Shown piece by piece: positions 37,161 through 54,858 of a stretch of 64,000 nucleotides of DNA. The translations under genes were made by a program, and so were the position numbers. Each line of letters begins with the position of its first letter. The stretch's first letter is position 1. This stretch comes from Hyphochytrium catenoides (taxonomy: Eukaryota > Protista > Hyphochytriomycota): positions 22,765-86,764 of the forward strand of contig FLMG01000893.1 of NCBI GenBank assembly GCA_900088475.1, read 5' to 3'. Under the pieces are notes generated by a model. The model was not told the origin of the DNA. It did not search any database and was given only the letters and a program-made list of their open reading frames with translations.

Positions 37161-37949
37161 TGATACGGAATGTTGAACTGACGAGCTGGTCAGCTTCCTA
37201 GGCTTCTCCTGGGTTGGTAAATGTGAAGTGAGATGCTGACGTCCTTACGTGCTCAACACTCTTCGTCTCTCGCTGGATGACCTTCTTGGAGGCTTCCTCC
37301 TCTCTCTTCTAATTGCTCTGTCCCTACACTCTACCAGCTCAGCCCTAGCACTAGCAAGCAAGCAAGCAGCAGCAGCAGCGGGATGGGGTTGGTACAGCGC
37401 CTGGATGAGCGGGTTGTCAAATCTTCAACACGCACATTGACCCTCCCAATCCTATTCCCCTAAGAACCCCGTCAAAGCAATAAACTAACAAGCAATGCCT
37501 CCATCCTAAGCCGCCCCTGACATTGTGTACGATGTCCGCTGTAATGACGCTGTTTCAAATAACTCAGGGATCGTACGCTGTTCATTGAGCCGGTAACGAG
37601 CGGAATAGTGTTTGTAGTCAGCGTTACTGCAGTTGCTAGAGATCAATATAGAACTAAATGTTCCAGTTTATATAGACAGCTTTTGTTAGCCAAACGCAGA
37701 CAGCCAGAAGCCGCAGCTCTGGAAGATGGTAATTGCGCCTTTGAAGATCCTTGGCATCGAACTGTCCTTGGCCTTGCCAGAGAAGAAGAGCTTCCAGATA
37801 GGACAAGCCATTGACCTGAAGAATAGGATAAGCTATTGGAGTACATACTCTGAGAGTGAGGAACAGAGGCTGAGCAAAGTTAGAGCGATAGGAAGTAGTC
37901 AAGAGAGGGTTGAGACAGATAGGAAGTGCTGACATTGTAGGGATAAATA

Positions 37950-39124
37950 ATGCCTCCAAGAGCGCGGAAGAAGAAGGACCACGCGGGCGAGAGGAAGGAG
38001 AATGATCCCAAAAAGCAGACCGATGTGTCAGAGGGCCCTGAGGAAGAAACAGACAAAGAGCTGGAGGAAGAGATCAGGAGGATGGATCAGGAGGTTGCAA
38101 GAAGGGCCAAGGCGAGGGAACAGCAAGCAGCGTTGGCCAGGGGCGAAAAAGTAAGTGAACAAAACTCATCCACTTCGAGGCCTGTAGTGGTTGACCTAAC
38201 CCCCAATTGGCGGTCCTATGAGCATTTTCTGGCTTTCCAATGCCATCGGACTAGTCTTCAAATGAGCCCTAACTGCTTCAGAAGCACGGTTGCCCTAACG
38301 TCATATTGATCCGCTCAAAGAGCCGCCTTACCGTTCCTCGTAGGTTTCAAGCCGTGGAGTTGGTCCCGACGGCAAACCCTTGCCCTTCACGCAGCTTGAG
38401 CGCTTGAAGACCGCTGTGGTTATTGGTGGAGTTTTCTCCCTGTTGTACCAATATACTGACTGGTTTGATCAGGTAACATATGATGGGAATAAGCTCTTCT
38501 TCTGGCTGCGATGCGTGTGGTTTACCTAGGTAGTCCCTTTCCTCAACAAGCATCGGCACTTTTCAAGAAGATAGTTCTCTCGTTCACTGAATTATCCTCC
38601 TTCCTATTCTCTGCGCAGAGCAATGCCAGTCGTCTACTCTGCTAGTCCTTTTGACCTTCACTGCATGTGCCGCCCGATTCATCGCTGCTAGTATTCTTTG
38701 CACCAGCTGAGCTTTCAACACGCACGATCACTCTCAACCTTTGGGGATAATCAATGTTGCTCTCACAGATATCTTGGCCCTTGGCGTACATCGCAATTTG
38801 GACCCCGTTACTTCTGCTAGTAATGAAGAACATGAATCCGGATGACATGATCAAGGACCTTAAGGGTCCCCTCGGGTAAGCGGAGTTGGTTTACCAAAAG
38901 GAGATGTCTAGACACAGACACAAAAGGAGAAATGGCTGGACAGTAGTTTCGGAGGTCAATGGAGAGTCAGACACGAGAGTGGGTTGGTGATGGCTGACTT
39001 AGGCGCTAGACAGAGTCTGGACAAATTCTGACCCACTGCGCACATTGCTAACTCTTTTAGACGACCGGATGGTGCGAATGGAGGCGATCTGGGTCCAGAA
39101 ATCGTTGATAAAAAGAAACAATAA
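37950..39124 (+). CDS. Orphan membrane protein: charged coiled-coil N-terminus plus two hydrophobic segments; 4 exons
   Basis: MPPRARKKK...ARGEK|VSSRG...TAVVIGGVFSLLYQYTDWFDQ|ISWPLAYIAIWTPLLLLVMK...PLG|RPDG...KKKQ*; in-phase GT-AG junctions. Confidence 0.65.
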
Positions 39125-39264
39125 TCCATTTATACGAGCGCGGCAATGACGATCTATGAGCGGAAGCTAGGACTCGGAAGATTCGAGGACAAACTGGATC
39201 TACCTCTGGAAAAGGAGGAGTGAGAATAGAGGATAACAACGAGTTTGCAGCGGAGAAGCAGAAA

Positions 39265-44721
<5,457 letters not shown>

Positions 44722-45816
44722 AACATTGAGCAAGTCACTAACGCATTCTAGCACAGGTGCCCGTCTACTAGGTTGGCTCGAGCAAGGGATACCATCTTTC
44801 AAGAGTCAATGGAGATCTGCAGCGGCCTCCGTTCATCACTATTGAGATGGACGGGAGCGAAGAAAAGATAAGAAGAGCTGGAAGGACGAGCAGCCTTCGA
44901 ATCATCCAGCCTCCTCCTCATCCCGGCCAAACTTTTCTAAATCAAAGCTTGTGGCGAAGGATGAGGTCAGAACCCCAAAGAATCACGCAGTAATCACAAG
45001 CCCAAGAACCCCCTCCGGCGAAGGATTGGGTTACGAGACAGAGGAAGACCACTTGCAAAGAAAAGATGTCTAAGGTGATGACCATCAGAGCTTGATGTCG
45101 CTCGTGATGAAGCTAAGGCCAGCTCCGTTTGACTACCCTCTTCTCCTGATGACAGGAGCTGCTAGTCAACAACTTCCACCCTTCGACATCTATCATCTCA
45201 ACGGGCTATCTTCGAGACAAAATCTATTATTAAAGTATCTGCTTTATGGCCGCGGACGTGCTTAGGGATATGTGCAGACCATAGGGAAGGTTGATGGGTG
45301 GAGAACCAGTGTTGAAGTACGTTTTCACTCGCACGCCCACAACTTCTGTGCGAAAGGTCATTGAGTGCACCTAGAGATAGCTGGAGTGTGAACAAGGCTT
45401 GTAGGGATAAGCCACGAGTGTATGTAGTTGAGATGGGCGGTGGGAGAGAGGTCGGGCAACGTGATGGTCAATCTCATAATTTGTATGTTCCACTTCCTCT
45501 CAGAAGAACTATTATTAAAGACCGTAAAGTTTCTAACTGAGCTACGGCCCTTGGTCATTCAGCCAGTCACTTACTCTCGCTTTGCATTTGATGGACTGTG
45601 TGTGATTGAGGGGTGGAGAATGGGTGGCAGTGGGGGTTGGGGTTGTTCAAGCTAGAAGCTCTCCATCCTTCATCTTCGAGTGTTACGGCTGCCATCCTGA
45701 GCACTGGTAACGCACTCTTCTCTCAGAATCTGCCCGTCCTTCTCTTCAACTCCCCATGGCGGCATTTGAGCCGACCTAATATACAAGGTTCAAGGCCATG
45801 TTTCTCAAGGTGGTCC

Positions 45817-47845
45817 TCAGGCTTGAGAAGGGGAAGGTAGAATCGCCTGACGAGGAGGGTCCGACGCCTGATGCTCTGTCCCAGGCATGTCACACTCCTC
45901 GACCGGCAGAATGACGCATTGAAAGTAGGCAGGTTGGCCTTGTGCGTCTCTGATGAGAGAGAATGTGATGAAGACATACTTCTCTCCGGCTTTAAATCGG
46001 CACTTCTTCCACAGCTGCTGAGAGGTGACACTAGGGTCCCTGAACATCCGATTGATCATCCTGGTGTCGAGAGAGTAGCCGATAGGGGTTAGCCCGGTAA
46101 GTACGAGTTTAGGAGACTGGAGCAAGTAGGTTGGCGACATGAAGTAATACCTAATAGCTGACATAAGAAAAGCTTTCGAGAGCATAAAGATATCACATTG
46201 CACCAGAGAAGGTGCTTCCCATAATAGGAGATAGACTCTTGATGTACACGTACTGGAATGTTCTCTGCATGTCACTGGGAGGAGTGAGATTGAACATGGT
46301 ACAAGATGTGATCTCCTCCTTGCTAAAGCCACTGAACTCGCAAAATGCTCTGTTGCACTCTACGAATCGCCCATCAACGCGGGAAACGGCCATCGGAAGA
46401 GCGCAGTCGGAGAATAAAAGCTTGAAATCAAGCTCATTCGACGGTACAGCCAGCGACTGGTCCATAGGATCTGATACAGAGAGAATTACGTCAGCCACAA
46501 GAAAGCTCGCAAACACATTGTTTGTCTGGCTATAACATCGTGGCCCTTCTGACTCCCCACCATTGTCACTTCTCTCCTTACCGAAAAGCAACGGAGGACG
46601 CAACAACTCAGGCTGACTTTGTTTTAATGCTTGCAGCTCCATCTCTGCCGCTTGTGTTGTCGCTTTCAGCTCCTCAAGCTTCGATTGTAAACTTTGAATG
46701 TAGGCAGCGGTGCTAAGTGACAAAGTCCAGCAACAGTAGATAGCGTTAGTAGCCAACATTATAAGTAACTCAGAAACCAAGATCAGAACCACGTTAGCGA
46801 TGCTATGCCTGTCGCTACTGATGACCCTGTCGCAACGGCTAAGACTACGAAAGTAAAGACATCGGGGGATTTGTGTGAGAGCTCACTGACTTGCACAAAA
46901 TCGAACGCTTGTCCTTTTTGGTCTCTAGGCCCGAGCTTTCCAAGACCAGCTTAAGGAACTCAATCTGCTGATTGATTTTCATCATCCTGCAGCGTCAGGT
47001 TAGATATAACAAGCGAATCACATGGGGGCGGCGTACAGCTATTATACTCCGGCCACCCGTTCCCAAACTCCAACCGTTAGGTACACTCGACTATAGTCAC
47101 TTTCCTAATCACTAAGAGTATTTATCTGTACTATCTACTGTCCTACAAACGACGGCCAGTCCATGTAACCTACCGCTGTTGCTCGAGCTTGTTTAGCTCC
47201 TCCCTTGTTCGCCGACCGTAATGCTTCTTTCTAAAGAGTCCAGAGAGAGTAAGTGTCATCTCATCTTGTATGTCAAGCTGTATCGCCATACCTTGCAGGC
47301 CCTTTGCCCACGTTAAAGGTCAGATTTACGTCTTTCGCGTTTACAGGGCTTTTGAGATGGGTCGAGCTCTTTGAGGCCTCCGTCTTTCTGACTTCTGTCT
47401 GTTCCACAACACTCTGTTCTCCGCCCTCATCTCTAATAGTCGTGCCTTCAAGCTGCAACCCAGCCAGTTCGGGCAGCACCATTAAAGACGGCGTTGCAAC
47501 AGAAGTTGGAGTTCTGCCAGCTGGAGTTGGCGGCTGGAGCATTGCGGAGAGTTCCGGGTCATCGAGCATGGAAGCCACCAAGTCCAGGTCGAACTGGGTT
47601 ATAATTGTAGTCGGTTCATCTGGTGCTCCACCTACAATGGCCAATTTAGACTATGGTTTGCACACCGGCAAGAGCGACATCACGAGCCAAACGAGACAGA
47701 GATGCATAGACGGACTACCTTTGGTAAAGGAGTCGGATCTACTTCTCTAGAACAGCAAGACACTTAAAAACGACAAAGATTATTGAGACGCACCTTTAGC
47801 AGTGCTAAAAGGCACTGGATGGCTTTGCAGCTGTGATGCCGACAT
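45817..47845 (-). CDS. bHLH-PAS transcription factor (single PAS/PAC); start tentative
   Basis: bHLH RKKHYGRRTREELNKLEQQRMMKINQQIEFLKLVL...KKDKRSILCNTAAYIQSLQ; PAS DFKLLFSDCALPMAVSRVDGRFVECNRAFCEFSGFSKEEI...FNLTP...FSLIRDAQGQPAYFQCVILP. Confidence 0.85.
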
Positions 47846-50800
47846 CACTTATGTCTACATGCGGAGACGGGGGTTGACAGAGTGAAACCCTTCCGTACTT
47901 TTAAGCCACCTAACTATCTCTCACCACGAGGAGCTTGCTAACTAAAGCAGAAATCATCAACCCTAATGCACTGTTCAAGGTGTAATAAGAAGAATAGTTT
48001 TGAAGAGCTATGACTTTGAGTTCTTGACGAGCTGACTCTTCGAGGTTCTGCTCGCGCTAGGCACCACTTCGTTTCGACAAGGTAGGCGAGACAATAATCA
48101 GAATGCCGTTCATTGAGACAGTGAAGGTGGTGGGAACACCTCCGGCACTTGAAAAAAGAGGAGAGAGAGTAGTCGTAGATTCTGATAGAGGGATAAACAG
48201 TTAGAGAGACAGAGGAGGAGGACAAGAGAGAGAGATGCAGGGAAGAAAGGGTTAGGAGAACAATGGGATGTACAACCCTCAACACACGCCTTTGAGTTGA
48301 TAGAGATACAATACTACTAGTTATAATATCGGGCGGATTGAGAGACAGAATGAGCAGATGGATGTGTGTTTGTAGGCAGCGCAAGACATAAGAGGCTTGT
48401 AAAAAGAAGAAAGAAGAGAAGTGATATGGCAATGCGGTCCTGTCCAGCCAGAGCGCTGGTGGTCTAGTTCTATCTAAGGTCTTATCTAAAGAATAAAGGG
48501 CGAGGAGGAGGAAGAGTTTTGACCAAGGTTTTGACCAGTTTTGACTCCCTCAGCCTGTTTCAGGCAAGCCAAGACGCCAAGACTACTATCATTTCGAATA
48601 AGTCATGTCTCATGTAGGAATAAGACATAGTTAATGATGAATGATAAGGCGTGCTTCTTTCAAAAGCTTCAACGCGTACAGCCAAATCTTTGTTGAGATC
48701 TGTCAATGCTCAAGGCTGATCAGCAGTCTACTTCTCACCGACATGGAGCTTTGATGATTGACATGCCATGATCAGCTTGATGAGAGAGACAAGCATGACA
48801 CCAAGACAGAGGACTGAGGATCACTTACACGGAAGAAGAAGCAGGCTATCCGTCTGTTCTCGATCAAGAAAAAGAAGAGCCTGAGAAGAGCCAGTAGCGC
48901 AAATCGAAGACGTCCAAGTAATGGCACTGTGAGGATAATGAGACCGTCCACTACTAGGCCGTCAGTAGAAGGGGCAATAGATAATAGTGGCCGACAGATT
49001 GGGAAGAGACACATCAGGGAACGGCAGAGAAGGCCGTAAGGATTAAGTGTGCCTGAGTATCCTTTCGCTATTAATACTACTATCATCTTCATCCAGCTGG
49101 GGTCTCCCGGGACGTCTCAATAGGCCCTGCTGCTGGTTACGCTTTCGACAAGCAGTAGCTGTTTAGGACTTGAAGTATAAGAGGTTATGTTAGTAAGGCT
49201 AGAGATTGCATCACGGGATCTTCAGTTCACATACTTTCCTTACAGTGGAGCTTGGACGGCGGAACGCTTGCTAATACTATGGCCCAGTCCTGGGTGCGCC
49301 CATGGTTCTGTTCCCGCCTTGCTCTTTCATGGCCAGAAGTGCGCGGCTAGTACTTTGGCATCTGCTAATGACATTGGCTGGCCTCACCGGTACCTAGTCT
49401 CGTTCTCCTCTTCATGGATAATGCTGCTTCGAAGGATGAGAGACTGGCGTGTGCATGAGTATTATTGTCATTGTGTGAAAGCTACATCGCAATGCCCTCC
49501 ATCAAGTGTTCGCCACCTCTACAATCAAATGTCTTTGTTCCACACCCCAACAGCGTTATTTCCACATCCTGGCAGCGGAAACCCCATGGTCGCGATAATA
49601 GGCACCGGGAACTCGTTCGACATGGACTAAGCATCTGAGATTCTGGGAGGACTAAGTCTTAGCTCGGTGACCTATGTCCTCATCGAGCCATAGAACTCTT
49701 CGTCAAGTGGTCAGTCAATGCATAATCGTCTGTCCTGACAAACTCGTTGGGCGGTATAATAACTCAACAAGTTTATAAAGTATCCGCTCCCGGAATATGG
49801 GGAAAGCATTGATGATAACTCCAGAAGAAAGGTCAAGAATGAGTAAGCCCTCTCGATCAGCTTGATGCCTGGTGACAAAGGCAGGCCGCTCCTCTACAGC
49901 CAGCACTGCTCCTGACTCCTGAGGTACAAGAGCTGCTAATCCCTTCTTACCGCACCGCCACCCTGTACATCACCTGGTCGCTGCCCCTCCTTTGTCAACC
50001 TAATTCCTACGACACGCCTGCCAGACACCTCCCTTCCTTGGCTTTGCTGCTCCCTCGATCGACTTGTTACCCCAACCTTCGTGATGCCTATCTTACCGCG
50101 AAGACCTGAGCTGATCAAGTTCGTCTAGGACTAGGAAGAGATGAAGCTCTTTTAACCGGCAAAGTACCAGACAATATCACACAAGGCTGAGAAACCACAT
50201 TAAACATTATAATCCAGAGCAGTTTTTCGCAGAGTCACGCCATCAACCAGTCCGTCCGGCTTTCTACAAAGCCTTCAAATGCTGCAGCAAGGATGGCCGG
50301 CCACGCTGCCCTACGATTCGGACTGCGGGGAGTAAGCACGATCCTATACTGCCGCCATAAAAGGGGTAATGATGGTCCAGCAATGCCAACCACTAACCAA
50401 TTCTTAAAGTGTGCAAGAAGCTTTTCCATACAAGCCATTCAAATGGTTCATTATTCTTGCCATACGTGGGCCTCCACGCCTACCGTCCGTAGAGGTTTAG
50501 CCACCTGCTATTCGTCCAGGTCAAGAAACCTACGCCCAGTTATCGAGATGGCAGCACCGCTGGCGGCCTGGCAGCGGTCGGTGCTAGTGACTTAGTGGGA
50601 AGCTTAGTATAAGCAGGCAACTTAGGAAGGACGAAGGACTTCCTTTATTCCATGGAGCATCAGACAGCGGGCCCAAGTAACAAGATCTTCACCGTTCCTT
50701 GTCCGGCTAAGAACCGGCTGCTTGTGCAGAGTAATGGGGAAAGTAAGTATGCTCTGTGACCCTTGCTTCAAGCTGCCAAATGGTCCTTTTCCTTCTGGAT

Positions 50801-50939
50801 TTTAGTAGTTAGTCGCACACCCACAGATGGGCCAACCATCAAATAGTGTGATCTTTTTATGGTACTTATTGAGGAGAAGTGAGCACACGACAAGGATGTG
50901 GACGTCCAAGTGTGGGACAACTGGTCAGCAGAAAGGACC

Positions 50940-51130
50940 GTTCTCTCCTCACACGGATTCTGGTTGCTCTTCCTGTTCTCTCTCTCCTTCTCTGTCTGTC
51001 CTCCTACTCTGTCCGCTCTGTTGTCATCTTCCTCCTCTCTCTTCCCTCTCTCGCTTTTATCTGTCTTGCTCCCTCTTTTGCTTCCTCTCTTCCTGCTGTG
51101 GGCTCTTGCTCTCTCGTCTTGCCTTCTAAT
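50940..51130. repeat. CT-rich low-complexity tract upstream of the RING gene
   Basis: Strongly pyrimidine-biased with many ctct/tctc runs. Confidence 0.8.
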
Positions 51131-51409
51131 AAGAGGCCTGGCAGCTCACCTTTTTCTGGAATCTCTCTGGAGCGCTCATCGTCCCTCTCTTCAGAGTGAT
51201 CACAGGCCGTGACTTGAGAAGGCCTCTGAAGCACCCACTCGCCCTGAACCTTCCCTTCTGTCTCCCTAATTTGAGGTAGTGCCACTGTCGCCAATTTGCC
51301 TCCTTAACGCTTTATCTGCTCTCCTCTGAAGCCACCGCAGATCTCACTGGCAAAGGAGGAAGCGGAACAGTAAAGCCAGATAGCAGGAGAAGGACTCAGA
51401 TACCTTTCC

Positions 51410-52126
51410 ATGGCAAGTAGACAACAGCAGGCGACAAGGAGCGCCGTCCTTGCGTTGGGGGGCGCGGCACTGGCCGTTCCTCTCTCCTTTGTCGTGGGGG
51501 GTGCGATGATGACTCTCTTGACAGCTCCTCTCATTCGCAGAGCTGCCTGCGTAGCGGTTGGCGCTGGATTGGTGGGATTTACTTACCTATGGACAAAAGG
51601 GATCCTAGAGGACGAAGAGGAAGAGCGAGCCATAGTATCCAGTCATGGAGCAGGAGGCAATTCCAGCCCAGAGGTAGGCATGTCAATCTGAAGCTTTAGG
51701 ACTAGAGATGGACGGAGAGACGGAATCGAACAAGTATCGCAGCAAAAGTAGTAGATAGTAGGCAGCTTTCTCATATTTCGTCGTATGCAGGGACAAGATT
51801 GGAGGGCAGGATTGGCGTCTCCAACTAGTTGCAGAAGAAGGAAAAGAGAAAAGCCAGCGGCAGAGGAAGAAGAGATAGAAGACGGGGATGAGGGAGATTC
51901 GGCAGAAAAGAAGCTCTTCAGCTATTCTCTGTCTGAAAAGGACATACACTGTCTACGCGGGCCCAACAGGGAGTGTGCGATCTGTCTTGATGAGTTCAGC
52001 TCTAGAGACAAGGTCAAGCCTTTACCGTGTTTCCACCTCTTTCACTCTCTCTGCATCGACCAATGGTTGAAGATCTGTCCTGACTGCCCACAGTGCAAGG
52101 TTCGCGTCTCGACCGAGATTATCTAG
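51410..52126 (+). CDS. Membrane-anchored RING-H2 E3 ubiquitin ligase; exons about 51410-51672 and 51791-52126
   Basis: Two N-terminal hydrophobic segments; [41 protein letters not shown] is C3H2C3. Confidence 0.88.
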
Positions 52127-52595
52127 TGCAGATAGTGTATAAAATGCTGCTCTAAGCCATCCGAGCCATCGAGTTTTTGCAGCGGGGAGAAGCACAGCGG
52201 AAGAGCTGATTGTTGAGTGTTGTGCTTTGGTTGAGCATCGTTTGTCGACTGTGCCCCACTGGTCAATCCTTTTTGTGCTGACGCCCAGGTTCGTGGAACC
52301 ATTTGTACTCTACCCAGCATGATCTTGTCATTCGGCGGTCTGAACTCTGTTTTATCAAGTCTCAAAGTTCCGATGATTCTCTACTCTGTGTCGATAGCGT
52401 TAGTCATCTAGTGGCTCAATAAGTGCACTACTAACACTAGGACGGTTAGAGGTGCTACGATATAATGACTGGTAACTAAGAATGTGTTTCGCCTCGTTTC
52501 CTATTAGTCAGTTATGGCAGAGGCCCATGCGATAAGGGTTTAAGGGAGGAAACAGGCACTAGGAATTGGGTAGCATGAATGGTAGGTGGGACAAC

Positions 52596-54858
52596 CTAGT
52601 AGCTTCGACCCCACAGTGTCCAGCAAGTGGCTGGCTTTCCGCTAATAAAGCATTTGGTCCCAGCTTCCAGCTTAGGCTGCTCGAATGGCACACAGAGCGT
52701 CTTTGCGGCAGCAGAAGTGGCTGTCTTGGTATCCTCTGCGGCTTCTCCTGCGAGAGCTAGCGCCTCCTCCTTACTCTTCTTCTTTACCTTCTCCTCCCAC
52801 TCTGACTCGTTACAGAACGGTGTCAAGACCATATTGCCCTTGTTCAAGGCTGGAACGAAGTCCTTCCATTGAGTGACCCTGGAGATACGGTGGTCTCTAT
52901 CCTGCTTCGCTTTTTCATATAGTGATTCTTGCATATCTGCAAGAAGTTGCTGCACTCTATCGGAAAGGACTTCAAGCTTGACGTCCTCCTTCTCTCCAGT
53001 GTCTCGCCGCACAACGCGCACCTGACCTTTCTCCATATCCTTAGGGCCGAGCTCCAAGCGTAGAGGGACCCCCTTCATCTCCCACTGGTTGTACTTCCAG
53101 CCAGGAGTGTAGTTCAAGCGTGCGTCATAGTCCGCCCTTATCTGCTGTGCCTTCAGTTCATCCACTAACTCTTTAAGCTTCTTGATAACAGTATCGTGGC
53201 TCTGCTCCTTATAGAAAATGGGGATGATGATGACTTGCAACGGAGCCACGCGAGGAGGAAGGACAAGACCCTTGTCGTCGCCATGGACCATCACCATAAC
53301 ACCAATAGTTCTAGTCGTCAGACCCCACGAGTTTTGCCATGGAATCGCCTTCTTTCCTTGTTCATCTTCATATTCTATCTTGAACATTTTCCCAAAGTTC
53401 TGGCCTAGGCAATGGCTAGTAGCACCCTGGATACCCCTGCCAGAGGTAGGTATGAAAGCCTCCACTGTGGTAGTGTAATCACCACCGGCAAACTTCTCTG
53501 TCTCCGTCTTCTTTCCCTTTATTACGGGAATAGCAAGAAGCTCCTCGTACACTTGGGCGTAGAACTCTAAGATTTGCAGAACCTCTTTGTCTGCTTCTGC
53601 CTTGGAGCCATGGGCCGTGTGGCCCTCCTGCCACAAAAACTCTCTGGTCCGAAGAAAGGGTGTAGGGTGCTTGAACTCCCATCGAACCACATTTGCCCAT
53701 TGGTTGAGCTTCAGAGGAAGATCTCTGTGAGACCTGATCCAGTTAGCAAACGCCGGATACATGATTGTCTCAGAAGTTGGACGGATCGCGATAGGCTCCT
53801 CGAGATCACTGGAGCCACTCTTGGTAACCCAGGCCACCTCAGGGGCAAAGCCTTCAACATGATCCTTCTCAGCGTTGAGAGCTTTCTCAGGGACAAACAT
53901 TGGAAAGTAGGAGTTTTGCACACCGATGGACTTGATACGGTCGTCTAGAAAGCGCTGAATGCTTTCCCAGATCGTATACGACCAAGGACGAAGGATGTAG
54001 CACCCGCTAATGTCATAGTAGTCAATCATCTCAGACTTCTTGATGACTTGTGAATACCAGTCGCTGAAGTTCTCACCCTTTCCAACAGTGATGCCGATCA
54101 ACACCTCTCCCTTGCCATCAGCCTCCTTCTTGGCTCCACCCTGTTTGCTGCCCTTGTCCTTGGCGGCAGGTGCAGCTTTAGGCTCATCTGCAGGGATAGG
54201 AGCATCGAAGTCTACTATAATGGGCTCGTGCTCGAAATGTCTAACAAACTTGACGAGGTCATCAGGTTTTATGGTGACCGTCTTGGTGTTGATCAAAGGG
54301 TGGCAAGAGATAAAGGGAGCGGAAATCAAAGACTTATCAAGAACCAACTTGACAGCTGTGTCCTTATCATTCATCACGGCGAGTGGCGTCACAGATCCCT
54401 GGGCCACGCCCAGTTTTTCCATTAACGCATCTTCACTTCCAAAGCGCAAATTAGCTCCTTTCAGCTGGAGTAGCTTCCCGAGGGTCTTGGTCAAGGCAGG
54501 AACCTAAGAAAGAGAGGTGAAGGGTTGATCAACAATGCGCAAAGTAACAGGGCCTTGAGAGCGTATGGTACGACAGCTCCATGCAAGTAGGCTAGTTCGG
54601 AAACTCAACGAAAAGCCTCAGGAGTGCTAATGAAGGTTGCAATGATTCGCTGTAGTTCACCTGACGGTCTGCCTTCATGGTGACAAGGAAGAGCCCATGC
54701 TTCTTGTCCGTCAGGAACAAGTTCTTGGTTAGTTCGCCGGGGAGGTGAAGTCCTTGAAGAGCTTTGGCCTGTTCATCGGCCGTTGCAACTGCCTGGTGCT
54801 CATGCAAGTTGCATTCCAGCGAGAGCTGGCTAAAGAGGTCCAGAACACGATCAGCCAT
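52596..54858 (-). CDS. ProRS: Prolyl-tRNA synthetase (eukaryote/archaeal type) with fused N-terminal YbaK-family (ProXp-ala/PrdX-like) editing domain; 2 exons
   Basis: TKNLFLTDKK and LGVAQGSVTPLA (ProXp-ala); FSDWYSQV, RPTSETIMYP, FLRTREFLWQEGHTAH, QGATSHCLGQNF, SWGLTTR, C-terminal WGRSY. Confidence 0.96.

Noticed and set aside
19253-37460. Shared 14-mer caatcctattcccc upstream of two genes
   Set aside because: Several 14-bp matches are expected by chance in 64 kb
50859-50940. In-frame TGA in MVLIEEK*AHDKDVDVQVWDNW as possible selenocysteine
   Set aside because: No recognisable selenoprotein context or SECIS, and the frame runs into a low-complexity CT tract
52627-54507. Long antisense ORFs over ProRS (similar ones over COG6, prolidase and IVD)
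   Set aside because: Shadow frames of real CDSs with no independent motifs
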